Shown here one piece after another: positions 10,767 through 20,079 of a stretch of 64,000 nucleotides of DNA. The notes below the pieces were generated by a model, which was not told the DNA's origin, ran no database searches, and was given only the letters and a program-made list of their open reading frames with translations. A program made the position numbers and the translations under genes. Origin of the DNA: Terriglobia bacterium (lineage in GTDB: Bacteria > Acidobacteriota > UBA6911); assembly GCA_963824985.1 (NCBI GenBank), contig CAWGRQ010000031.1, forward strand, positions 147,329 through 211,328, written 5' to 3'. Numbering within the stretch: position 1 is the stretch's first letter; each line of letters opens with the position of its first letter.

Positions 10767-12340
10767 ATGACGACACAAACGAACTTCCCCTCCGGCATTC
10801 CGGCGATGCGCCGGCGCGATTTCATGAGGAATGTGGCCATCGCCCTCGGCGCGGGAGAGACGGCTCTGGCCCGATCCGGGACGGTGATACCCGCGCCCCG
10901 GCCTCACCGCGACGATGTTACGGAAATGCCGGCCGGTCAGGCGCAGGCGGCACTCTTCAACGGCATCCAGATGGGTCCGCACACGATGCTCGATGAAGGC
11001 ATCGAGCCTTGTCTTGACCTGATCAGGGAAACCGCGGACATTAATGCCGTGTTCACCTACAGTCATGCCTTTCACGGCGACCTCCGCAAGCCGGCCAGCG
11101 CTCTGGCCCCCGATCACGGCAAGCCGCCGCGGGTGAATCGCAGTCCGCTCCCTTCGGTCTGGGTGAAGCACCACGATCAGTATTTCCGCAATACCCGGCT
11201 GCGCGTCCGCCCGACTGACCCCAAGCTCGAATATGCCGATCGCGACCTGTTCGCCGAAATGGTCGAGCCGGCCCGGCGGCGCGGCATGAAGGTCTATGCG
11301 CGCATCCTGGAGAGTTCGGGCAACGCAATCGATAACTTTGCCGAGGTCGTCACCATCGATGTCTACGGGAAACGCACGCGCGTGGGGTGCTGGACAAATC
11401 CCGACTACAAAAACTTCTGGGCCGCCGTCGTGGAGGACATGTTCCGCAGTTACGATCTGGACGGATTCCAGTGGGGCGCGGAACGTATGGGTCCGCTCAT
11501 GAACGTCATCCTGCCGTGGAACGACACGCCCGCCCACCTGCTTTTGCGAGCATTGCATCGCCCGCGGCAAGGCCAAAGGCATCGACCCGGAACGCGCCCG
11601 CGAAGGGTTTCGGAAGCTATTCGAGTTCGTCCGCAAGCTGATCGCCGGCGATCCCAAACCCGCGGAAGGCGTGTTCACGGTTTTCCTGCGCCACCTGATC
11701 CGATACCCGGAAATCCTGGCCTGGGAATACCAGTACCGCCTGTCGCGCGAAGAGGTGATGAAGGGCATGTACGACACGATCAAATCGATCAAGCCGGGAG
11801 CCCAGGTCGGGTGGCACGTCGACCACCAGCCTTCGAGCTGGGACATCGTCTATCGCGCCGAGATGAGCTACGAGGAAATGGCCCCATACTCCGATTTCAT
11901 CAAGCTCATCCTGTACCACGGAGTGCTCGGTGGGCGCATCCGCTCCTGGTATCTGGACCGGTTCCAGCGAACCATCCTGAGCGAACTCTCCCTCGAGCAG
12001 TCGCTCGCAATTTACTATGCCTTGTTCGGATACGACCCCAAGACTCGAACCCAAGGTCAACGATCTCGCGCGGCAGGGATTTTCGCCCGACTACGTCTTC
12101 CGTGAGACGAAGCGCAGCGTGGCGTCGGCAAACGGGAAGACCAGGATCTATTCGGGCATCGGCTTCGACGTCCCCGGAAGCCCGCCTGAAGATCCGGAAA
12201 AGATCTACCAGGCGACTCTGAAGGCTTTTGAAGCCGGCGCCGGCGGCGTGGTCGTCTCACGCGAATACGAGGAGATGCGGGTTCCGAATCTCAAGGCCGT
12301 CGGCCGTGCCATCCGGGAATTGGCACAGCGCGCCAAATAA
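10767..12340 (+). pseudogene. Tat-signal exported protein, possibly a glycoside-hydrolase-like TIM barrel, with two frameshifts
   Basis: Twin-arginine signal MRRRDFMRNVAIALGAG. Sense reading moves from frame 0 to frame 1 near 11515 (WND.. to PTCFCEHCIARGKAKGIDPERA). It moves from frame 1 to frame 2 near 12040 (YDPKT.. to EPKVNDLARQGFSPDYVF). It ends at 12340. Confidence 0.6.
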
Positions 12341-12375
12341 CCCCAACATTTTTCTGAAAGCCGCTTGGTGAACAT

Positions 12376-13782
12376 ATGAACTCCCGATTTCATCGAATCT
12401 CCCGTCCCCTGCCGACGTTCTCTATAACCTCAAGGCTCAAGCTCAAGCCATTGATTATCGGGACATGCCTTGCCCTGTCGGCTTCCGCAGGGCTGCCGTG
12501 GACATCTACAGGATTCAGACCGGAGAATCCGGTCGGCCTCGAACAGCAAGCAGCATCCGCTCCGACGGTTGCCATGATCCTGCCGGGCGGCGATGCGATG
12601 AAATACTGGTCGCGCTGGCGCGGTCCGTCCGGCCAGGGATGGGTGGACGGCGCCACATATCCCGACACCTGGTCCCCAACCGAGAATGTGATCTGGAAGG
12701 TCAAAGTGCCCGGACGCGGTCACTCCTCCCCGATTGTCTGGGGCGACAATATCTTCCTGACCACCGCCGCGGAGGATGGCTCGAACCGGTCCGTTCTCTG
12801 TTTCCGCCGATCCGACGGCAAAATGCTCTGGCAGACAGCCGTCCCCGCGGCGGAGGCCGAAAAACTGTACGCGAAAAACAGCTATGCCTCGGCCTCGGTC
12901 TCAACAGACGGAAAGCTGGTCTATGCCTACTTCGGAAATGCCGGTCTTGTGGCTCTCGATTTCACCGGCAAGCAGATCTGGCATGCCGGGTTCGGCACCA
13001 TCACCCTTTATCATGGGCCGGGAGGTTCACCTCTGCTTTATCGCGACCGGTTGATACTTTTCCAGGAGCAGAGGCTGATGGATCGCAGCATTCCGACCGA
13101 TCCCGGCTTCATCGTCGCGATCGAGAAAACCACCGGCCGCGAGCTCTGGCGTCAGAAGCGCAATCCGCAGCCCGGTTGGGGGACGCCGATTGCGGTGCAG
13201 GTCGGCGATCACACCGAAATCATCGTCAGCAGCAGCCGCCGGATCGATGCCTATGATCCGGATTCGGGAAAACTGCTCTGGTATTGCAGCGGCAACACGG
13301 TCGAGGTCATTCCCACCCCGGTCGTGGGTCATGGCATGATCTATGCCTGTTCCGGCCGCGCGGGTCCGACAATCGCGGTCCGGCCCGGAGGATCGGGGGA
13401 CGTGACCGCCACCTCGGTGGTCTGGACCAGCCCCAAAGGCTCCTCTTTTGTCCCTTCCCCGCTCTTGCTTGGCGATTATCTGTACACGATCAACGACATG
13501 GTCAGCATCGCCACCTGCCACAACGCCGGAACCGGCGAGATCATCGGTCAGTTGCGGCTGGGAGAGGCGGTGCGAGAGGGCTTTTCGGCGTCCCCGGTGG
13601 CTGTGGGTGGAAATATCTTCTTCACCAACGACGAAGGGGACACGTTTGTGCTGAGCCAGCCGCCGGATTTCAAGCTGGTGAGGGTCAACCGGTTGGGCGA
13701 ACGAACGCTGGCCAGCCCGGCGCTGGTTGACGGGCGCTGGTATTTCCGCACCCAGGATCACCTGATCTGCGTCGGTAAGTAG
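12376..13782 (+). CDS. PQQ-like / BamB-like beta-propeller repeat protein, secreted
   Basis: Repeated W-containing blades (VIWKVKVPGRGHSSPIVWGDNIFL, KMLWQTAV, KQIWHAGF, RELWRQK, KLLWYCSG). Hydrophobic N-terminal segment. Confidence 0.75.
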   Translation: MNSRFHRISRPLPTFSITSRLKLKPLIIGTCLALSASAGLPWTSTGFRPENPVGLEQQAASAPTVAMILPGGDAMKYWSRWRGPSGQGWVDGATYPDTWSPTENVIWKVKVPGRGHSSPIVWGDNIFLTTAAEDGSNRSVLCFRRSDGKMLWQTAVPAAEAEKLYAKNSYASASVSTDGKLVYAYFGNAGLVALDFTGKQIWHAGFGTITLYHGPGGSPLLYRDRLILFQEQRLMDRSIPTDPGFIVAIEKTTGRELWRQKRNPQPGWGTPIAVQVGDHTEIIVSSSRRIDAYDPDSGKLLWYCSGNTVEVIPTPVVGHGMIYACSGRAGPTIAVRPGGSGDVTATSVVWTSPKGSSFVPSPLLLGDYLYTINDMVSIATCHNAGTGEIIGQLRLGEAVREGFSASPVAVGGNIFFTNDEGDTFVLSQPPDFKLVRVNRLGERTLASPALVDGRWYFRTQDHLICVGK

Positions 13783-13803
13783 CCGGAGAAGCCCCAACAG
13801 GGC

Positions 13804-14241
13804 CCTGTGCCTTGCCAAAATCGGCTGCGGGTCGAATTGGCGCACGGCGGCATACGCACAATCTTAGCTGTGGCAATGGCATCCTGGATTTAACCGCGGC
13901 GTATGCCCAGGGTCGAATTGCAGACGACTATGAAAAGAAACAGGCCGATATCCTGTCCTCACAAGGATCAGGCAAGCAAAATCCCAATTACGCAGCACGG
14001 CGTTCGTAATGATGGTGCAGGCCACTGACCTCAGCAAAGAGGGATGGGGACGGTCGCGTTTCAGGATTGCCAGCCGTTGTCGCAGCGCGAGATTTTCGAG
14101 GGCCAGCTTAGTTTGATTCTTAAGCCCAGATCTTGGAAACGAAAACAATAAAAACAACGCTTCCATTATGATTCAAAAGCCTTCTTGCTGGAGACGCTAA
14201 AGTCAATAGTTTCAACGTGGACGGAATTTTGGCAACGGAGT
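13804..14241 (-). mobile_element. Internally deleted IS relic (rve-integrase type), copy A
   Basis: Near-identical to 18080-18599 apart from a deletion of about 80 bp. Minus strand encodes only the integrase N-terminal stub (LALENLALRQRLAILKR). The 10-bp core TTGCCAAAAT is inverted near both ends. Confidence 0.7.
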
Positions 14242-14322
14242 GGTGAAGATAATGTTTAACTTCTGCAGCAAAGTTCAAGCCTGGAATGATCGCGATGATC
14301 AGACATTTGCTTCCACGGTTTC

Positions 14323-14739
14323 CTACAGATGAGCGGCACGGGCAATAGCGGTCGCGAAAGAACGGAAATCATCGAGTCTGGTGGTTAGGATACTATAGAC
14401 CATGGACCAGTTGATCTGTTGATAGGAATGCACGGCTATGTTCCGGAATCCTACGGCCCGCTTCATGCGAGCAGCGAGATCGGCGGAAATCACTCCGGCA
14501 CGTTCCAGATGGTTGAAGGCTTCCGCCATGGTCGATGGAGCAGCGAGATCTGCATCGGCGATAATGTGTGATGCCAGATCGACGCAAAGCTGAACGGCGC
14601 GCTCCAGATTAAGACAGACAATATCCTGGAGATCATAGTCGCCCTGCAGCAAGGTGACCGACTCTGGGGTCTTTTCTTTCAGACGCCGCACGCATCGCCG
14701 GAGCGATTCGAGCTTGGTGCTGACGATTTCCTTATCCAT
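14323..14739 (-). CDS. hepT: HepT-like (DUF86) toxin of a type VII toxin-antitoxin pair
   Basis: Rx4HxY motif present as RNIAVHSY. 138 aa. Overlaps the upstream nucleotidyltransferase gene by 8 bp. Confidence 0.85.
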   Translation of the reverse strand: MDKEIVSTKLESLRRCVRRLKEKTPESVTLLQGDYDLQDIVCLNLERAVQLCVDLASHIIADADLAAPSTMAEAFNHLERAGVISADLAARMKRAVGFRNIAVHSYQQINWSMVYSILTTRLDDFRSFATAIARAAHL

Positions 14740-15133
14740 TGAGAAATCGCTCCCTACGCTCTTTGAGAATGCGATAATGATAAGGCATTAGGTCGGCTTC
14801 CAGAAACAGCATGCGCGAAATGATTCCGGCATAGAGGGCCTTGTCGGCGTTCTGGATTACGACCGCCCCCGACAATGCCTTGTTCATGATTGGCCCTGTA
14901 TCGGCCAGTAGATCGATCAGGTCAACTTCGCGATTGGTGACGGCCGAAAACTCCTCAATCAGGTTCAGCCGCGCTTCGGGCGAGAGCGCCTGGGCGCCCG
15001 CGACCGCGATGTCCACATCGCTGTCCGGTTTGGATAAGCCGGATGCATGCGAACCAAACAGCAGACACAACCGGATTTCCGGGTGCCGCCGCAGAACAGC
15101 ACGCAGCTTTTCGTCAAGGTCTTGCATGGCCAT
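14732..15133 (-). CDS. mntA: MntA-like nucleotidyltransferase antitoxin
   Basis: GS-X10-DXD motif present as FGSHASGLSKPDSDVDIAV. 133 aa. Lies immediately upstream of the DUF86 gene. Confidence 0.85.
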   Translation of the reverse strand: MAMQDLDEKLRAVLRRHPEIRLCLLFGSHASGLSKPDSDVDIAVAGAQALSPEARLNLIEEFSAVTNREVDLIDLLADTGPIMNKALSGAVVIQNADKALYAGIISRMLFLEADLMPYHYRILKERRERFLNG

Positions 15134-15399
15134 ATTTTACTACGTCTGTCCTCACCGAGACACTGAGATTAAGCAAATTGCTGTTCTCCGGGCTCCATGA
15201 AGGAACAGGTGTATCGACTGACGATCAGATTGCGGCCCGGAGGCTCGTTTATTGCCCGCTATGCCAGAATGGCGGAGCGGCAGCTCGAGCACTCGCCGGG
15301 GAATGGAAATCGCTCACCGGCCCGGCCGCCGGCACATCCCATCCACCGCTTGGAGAGCCTCCGGAATCGAAGCAACCGCCCCGCGCGGTGCTTCAGGAG

Positions 15400-17916
15400 T
15401 CACTCGCTGCGCAGTGCGACGAGCGGATCCACTCGTGCCGCGCGGCGCGCCGGCAGCCAGCTCGCCAGCACGGCGATCAGGATAAGGATCGGCACCACCA
15501 GCAGCACCGCCGTCACGTTCTGCAGCGTGAATCCAAGCAGATTTGCTTTCACCATCTGAATCCCTGCCAGCGTCACCGGCAGCCCGATGGCCAGGGCGAT
15601 GGTCGTCACCAGCACGCCGTGCCGGAAGAAGTGTCGTACGACGTCGCCGGGGGTCGCCCCTATCGCCAGCCGCACTCCGATCTCCCGCGTGCGCTGCGCG
15701 ACGGCGAACGCGATGATCCCATAGAGACCGAGGGACGCGAGCAGCAGGGCGGCGGTTCCCACCGCGAAGGCCGCCAGGTGCGACTGCGCCGTTTCGTGCT
15801 CGCGACCAGCGTACTGCTCGGCCAGCGTCGCCTCGTCATCCACGGTCGCGAACGGATCCACCTCCCGGATCGCCGAGCGGATCCCCGGCACGAGCGCACG
15901 CGCGTCGGGGCCGGACGAGCGAACCGCGATCGTCGCCGTCCAGACCATCCCGGCGTTCGACAGCGGCGCAAACACGCGCGGGGTGCCGGGTTCGTCCTCG
16001 TACGGCGCGGCCCCGGCGACTCCGATCACCTCAAGCGACGTGGTCGTATCACCAGGGCTGGCGCCCTGGATCCGGAACGACATGGACGGATCGACGACGC
16101 GCGGACGCCGGATCAGCCGCTTCCCGATCGGATCCTCGCCCGGCCAGAGGCTTTGGGCCGCATCCTTGCTGACGACGACCGCCAGCGACCCGGCGCGATC
16201 CTCGCCGGTGCCGATGCCGCGGCCTCGGAGGATGGGGACGCCGAGGGTCGAGAACCAGCCCGCGGAGACATTCACCTGGGCCATTTCCGTGCTGATGCGG
16301 TCTCCCGCGGCGCCGGTCGCCTCGAAGGTCCCGCGTCCGCCGCCGGCGCTGATCGCTGCGGACGCCACCCCCGGCACTGACTCCAGCCGCTGCCGCACGA
16401 GTCCGAGCACCGGGCCGCCGGCGGAGCCGGCCGCATCCTGTGTCTCGAGAGCCGACTGCCCGGGCGTGGCCGGGCGGAAGACCTCTGAGGACATCGTGAC
16501 GACTGACTCCGGTGCGCGCCCGGCGCCGGCGCCGGCGCCAGGGCGCAGGTCGGCGAGGACCAGCGAGGTGACGACCAGCACGGGTTGACTGCACGCGAGC
16601 TGGACGATGACGAACAACGCCTGCAGCCGCGAGCGGCTGACGGCGTGCGTGCCGCCGTTTTTCATCGCCTCGTTGATCCCCGCGCGCGAGGCGTGCAGCG
16701 CGGGAGCCAGCCCGAACACGATGGTCGTGATGAGCGCGAACATCGCCGCGAAGGCGAACGTTGCCGGTTCGGGCTGCAGCCCGTAAATGACCCCCGGGAT
16801 CGTCGCATAGGCCACCTTCACCGCGATGACGTAAAGCAGCAGCCCGAGCAGCGCCGCCGCCAGCGCCAGGACGAGAGACTCCGTAAGCAACTGACGCACG
16901 ATGCGGAGCCGGGTGGCGCCGAGCGACAGGCGCACGCCGATCTCGCGCCGGCGCGCCACGGCGCGTCCCAGCAGGAGCGCGCTGACGTTGGTGCAGGTGA
17001 TCACGACGATGAGCGCGGCGACGAGAATGAAGGACACGATGGTCTCGCTCGTGTTCCTGCTCTCGCGCGGCATTCCCGTCAGCCGCTCGGCATGGATGGC
17101 CAGGTTGCGGTGCGCCGCCGGGTCCTCCCGTGCGATGCGCGCCGCCAGCGGGGCCGTGAGCGGAGCGACCGCGTCGGCTGCCACCCCGTCGGCAAGGCGC
17201 GCGGCCGCGCGGAGCGACATCGCATCGCGACGGGCCGGGAAGTTCGCGTCCGCCTCGAGGAGCGGGCGCGCGCCGAGCGGAATCCAGATGGCGTTGCTTC
17301 CCATGCTCGATATATTGACGCCGGCGAAGAGCGGCGGCGCGACACCGACGATTGTGAAGGGGCGGTCCATGACGCGGATCGTGCTGCCGATCGCGTCGGG
17401 ATTCCCGTCAAAGTGTGCCTGCCAGAGGGAGTGACCGATCACCACGATCGGCTCGGGCGATTCGTCAGCGCCATCGGGGAACCGCGTGCCGGCGGCCATC
17501 GAGACGCCAAGCAGGCGGAAGTAATTCGCGGTGGTGTACGACGTCATAACGGACCGGGCGCCATCTCCGAAGTCGGCCGCGAGCGCCGTTGCCTGCCATG
17601 CAGCCACGTCCTCGAAAACGTCGCGCAGGCCACGGAGATCCTGCACGTCCCGGTAGGAGAGCGAGACGGCAGCAGGCCCACCGCTTTCTTTGCGCGCCAC
17701 AGTTGCCGTCAACCGGGCGAGCCGCGGCGAGTCCTTGATTCCGGGCGCAGCACGCCAGGCATAGACGTCCAGGGTGGTGAGCAGGCCCGCGTTGATGCCG
17801 ATGCCAAGGGCGATCACCGCGATTACGATCCCGGAGAAGAGGGGCGTCCGAGCGATCTGTCGCAGCGCGAATCGTACGTCGCCAGCCAGCGTCGGGAGAA
17901 AGCCGAACAGAGCCAT
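15400..17916 (-). CDS. ADOP-family duplicated FtsX/MacB-like ABC permease, no adjacent ATPase
   Basis: 838 aa. N-terminus LRQIARTPLFSGIVIAVIALGIGINAG, two FtsX-type TM bundles, C-terminus WLPARRAARVDPLVALRSE. Confidence 0.9.
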   Translation of the reverse strand: MALFGFLPTLAGDVRFALRQIARTPLFSGIVIAVIALGIGINAGLLTTLDVYAWRAAPGIKDSPRLARLTATVARKESGGPAAVSLSYRDVQDLRGLRDVFEDVAAWQATALAADFGDGARSVMTSYTTANYFRLLGVSMAAGTRFPDGADESPEPIVVIGHSLWQAHFDGNPDAIGSTIRVMDRPFTIVGVAPPLFAGVNISSMGSNAIWIPLGARPLLEADANFPARRDAMSLRAAARLADGVAADAVAPLTAPLAARIAREDPAAHRNLAIHAERLTGMPRESRNTSETIVSFILVAALIVVITCTNVSALLLGRAVARRREIGVRLSLGATRLRIVRQLLTESLVLALAAALLGLLLYVIAVKVAYATIPGVIYGLQPEPATFAFAAMFALITTIVFGLAPALHASRAGINEAMKNGGTHAVSRSRLQALFVIVQLACSQPVLVVTSLVLADLRPGAGAGAGRAPESVVTMSSEVFRPATPGQSALETQDAAGSAGGPVLGLVRQRLESVPGVASAAISAGGGRGTFEATGAAGDRISTEMAQVNVSAGWFSTLGVPILRGRGIGTGEDRAGSLAVVVSKDAAQSLWPGEDPIGKRLIRRPRVVDPSMSFRIQGASPGDTTTSLEVIGVAGAAPYEDEPGTPRVFAPLSNAGMVWTATIAVRSSGPDARALVPGIRSAIREVDPFATVDDEATLAEQYAGREHETAQSHLAAFAVGTAALLLASLGLYGIIAFAVAQRTREIGVRLAIGATPGDVVRHFFRHGVLVTTIALAIGLPVTLAGIQMVKANLLGFTLQNVTAVLLVVPILILIAVLASWLPARRAARVDPLVALRSE

Positions 17917-18079
17917 TGCAGCACCTCATTCGGATGGCGGCACCTTGCGCTCGGCTCCATGGCCCCACCCCGCCCGGAGTATCATCCCCGCGTGCCGGCG
18001 CACGATGGCCGATCATAGCACGCTCATCGCAACCGGCCAAGCATGGCGCTTGTGGACGCATTCGTATATCGTGATCCGT

Positions 18080-18599
18080 CCTGTGCCTTGCCAAAATCGG
18101 CTTCGGGTCGAATTGGCGCACGGCGGCATACGGACAATCTTAGCTGTGGCAATGGCATCCTGGATTTGACCGCGGCGTATGCCCAGGGTCGAATTGCAGA
18201 CGACCATGAAAAGAAACAGGCCGATATCCTATCCTCACAAGGATCAGGCAAGCAAAATCCCAATTACGCAGCACGGCGTTCGTAATGGTGGTGAAGGCCA
18301 CCGACCTCAGGAATCTCAATGACCTCGCCGAGACTGATCGCCTGGATCGGCCGAGGCTCCGGGGCATCCTTGTCAAGCGATAGGTGGGTGCGATATTTAT
18401 GATAATAACGGTTGCGTTTCAGGATTGCCAGCTGTTGTCGCAGCGCGAGATTTTCGAGGGCCAGCTCAGTTTGATTCTTAAGCACAGATCTTAGAAACGA
18501 AAACAATAAAAACAACTCTTCCATCATGATTCAGAAGCCTGCTTGCTGGAGACGCTAAGGTCAATAGTTTCAACGTGGATGGAATTTTGGCAACGGAGT
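18080..18599 (-). mobile_element. Internally deleted IS relic (rve-integrase type), copy B
   Basis: The 87-aa minus ORF (18264-18527) joins an integrase N-terminus (ELALENLALRQQLAILKRNR) directly to an rve C-terminal tail (YHKYRTHLSLDKDAPEPRP...PEVGGLHHHYERRAA). The catalytic core is missing. Confidence 0.75.
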
Positions 18600-18735
18600 A
18601 CGTCGTGTTTGCAGTGTTGTCCCTCTCCCTGGCGGTCGACGCTAACTTGGCGGTGTTTACCGTTGTTAATGCTCTTTGGTTACGACCAGCCCCGTTTCCA
18701 GATCCCGATCGGCTTGTCATGCTCATGCGCGAGAC
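18600..18735 (+). pseudogene. N-terminal fragment of another ADOP/MacB-type permease
   Basis: VVFAVLSLSLAVDANLAVFTVVNALWLRPAPFPDPDRLVMLMRE matches the conserved TM1 and start of the periplasmic domain seen in the two intact permeases here. The reading degenerates afterwards. Confidence 0.55.
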
Positions 18736-19072
18736 TGCGAACAGCGCGTCAAATGAATCGGCGACATTTACGCGCGCGAATCTGGCTGGCGAGCTGATAG
18801 CCGCAGGCTCGACGTCGCGCCCCGCTCCGCCTCCCTGTTTTCACCTCCTGCGCGCGCTTGCCCGAATGCTGCTGCCCCTTCCCGTCTGAATACCGGGGAT
18901 ATTTCCCGATCCCTCCCCGCCCATTTACCCCAGATTCACCCAACCCCTCAAGGCAATTGCTTATCATTCGCGGGCTCAAGCGCTTCCAAGATATTGCGCT
19001 GGGGGCGAAGCTGCTGGGTGGTGAACTAACCGATGTGGTAGCTATTAAATGATTTCTGGGGTACGCGCAGGG

Positions 19073-19400
19073 CTACCTCGCACTCGACTTTCGGATTACC
19101 CGATACCCGGCTCGGGCGCGAACCTTTATGCCGGCCCTTTCAACGGTGACTTGGATGCGTCGGAAAGATCCGCTCCCCAACGGACCGGCAGGGTAATAGC
19201 AGAGGGTGTATTGATGACGCAACTCTTCGGCAATAGACGAGAATGCGATTGGCAGGTCAGCGCCTTTTGAGGCATTGAAAAGGCGTCCACCGCTGTTGGC
19301 GGCTAGCTCCTGCAAGTATCGTGCGCCGCGCTCATAGGCGACGACAGCGCCGGTGAACTCATATTTGGACAGCAGCGTGCCGGGGTGAACGATGGATCCA
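19073..19400 (-). pseudogene. C-terminal fragment of a VWFA-related acidobacterial-domain protein
   Basis: LQELAANSGGRLFNASKGADLPIAFSSIAEELRHQYTLCYYPA...FRRIQVTVERAGIKVRARAGY parallels the C-terminus of the full-length paralog at 20080-21855. No VWA domain lies upstream. Confidence 0.55.
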
Positions 19401-19403
19401 AGG

Positions 19404-19730
19404 CTATTTGATCCGAAAAACCACCTTATGAATCCTGGAGCTGCGCTGATTTGCATCGGTAACTAGACGAGTCAGAGTCTTGCCGTTATCGGCTAGGATA
19501 TAGGTATTGTCGCTTGGAAGGCTCACCATCGCCCTTGAGGTGACCGTGCCCGTAATGCGAAGAACATTCCCCTCCAGAACAGCTAGGTATTTGAAGGTGT
19601 TTTCGCCGGAGACCGTAGCGTGTTCAAAACCATCGATGGTGTATTCGATCGACGAATCACCATTTTCCGTCGTTCGGATCATCGTCAAGTGGTTGCCGGA
19701 ATGAACGATGATGAGATCACCTTGACCCAT
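19404..19730 (-). CDS. Hypothetical small beta-rich protein
   Basis: 108-aa ORF in a lower-GC patch. No motif recognised and no signal peptide. Confidence 0.3.
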   Translation of the reverse strand: MGQGDLIIVHSGNHLTMIRTTENGDSSIEYTIDGFEHATVSGENTFKYLAVLEGNVLRITGTVTSRAMVSLPSDNTYILADNGKTLTRLVTDANQRSSRIHKVVFRIK

Positions 19731-20079
19731 AATTCATCGTCTTCCAGGGGCTCCGCTGCTGGCGTCGCATTCAGGACTCTGCGTCCCGGATAAGGATGAA
19801 CGCGCCGTGCTTTGGGGTCCGGGGGTTCGAAGATGCCACGCAGGTGGCCGGTGAAGGCGCCTCGCCAGTTTGGAGCACCGATCCAAAGGGACCGTGGAGC
19901 GATTACGCCGATTGGCTCCGGAACACTCGCGGACGGCATTCGCCGGAGAATTCGTGAACCAATTGCCAGATCTGGAAATCTAAATTGTTCATACTGGCAT
20001 TTATGTTAATTATGCCTGATGGGGATATCCGATCGACTAAACTGCCGGAATGTGACAGACAACTGAAGCGAAAGCGAAA

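Noticed and set aside
15134-15399. Searched the gap between MntA and the ADOP permease for a PadR-type regulator or other small gene.
   Set aside because: No frame gives a protein-like sequence, and no motif was recognised.
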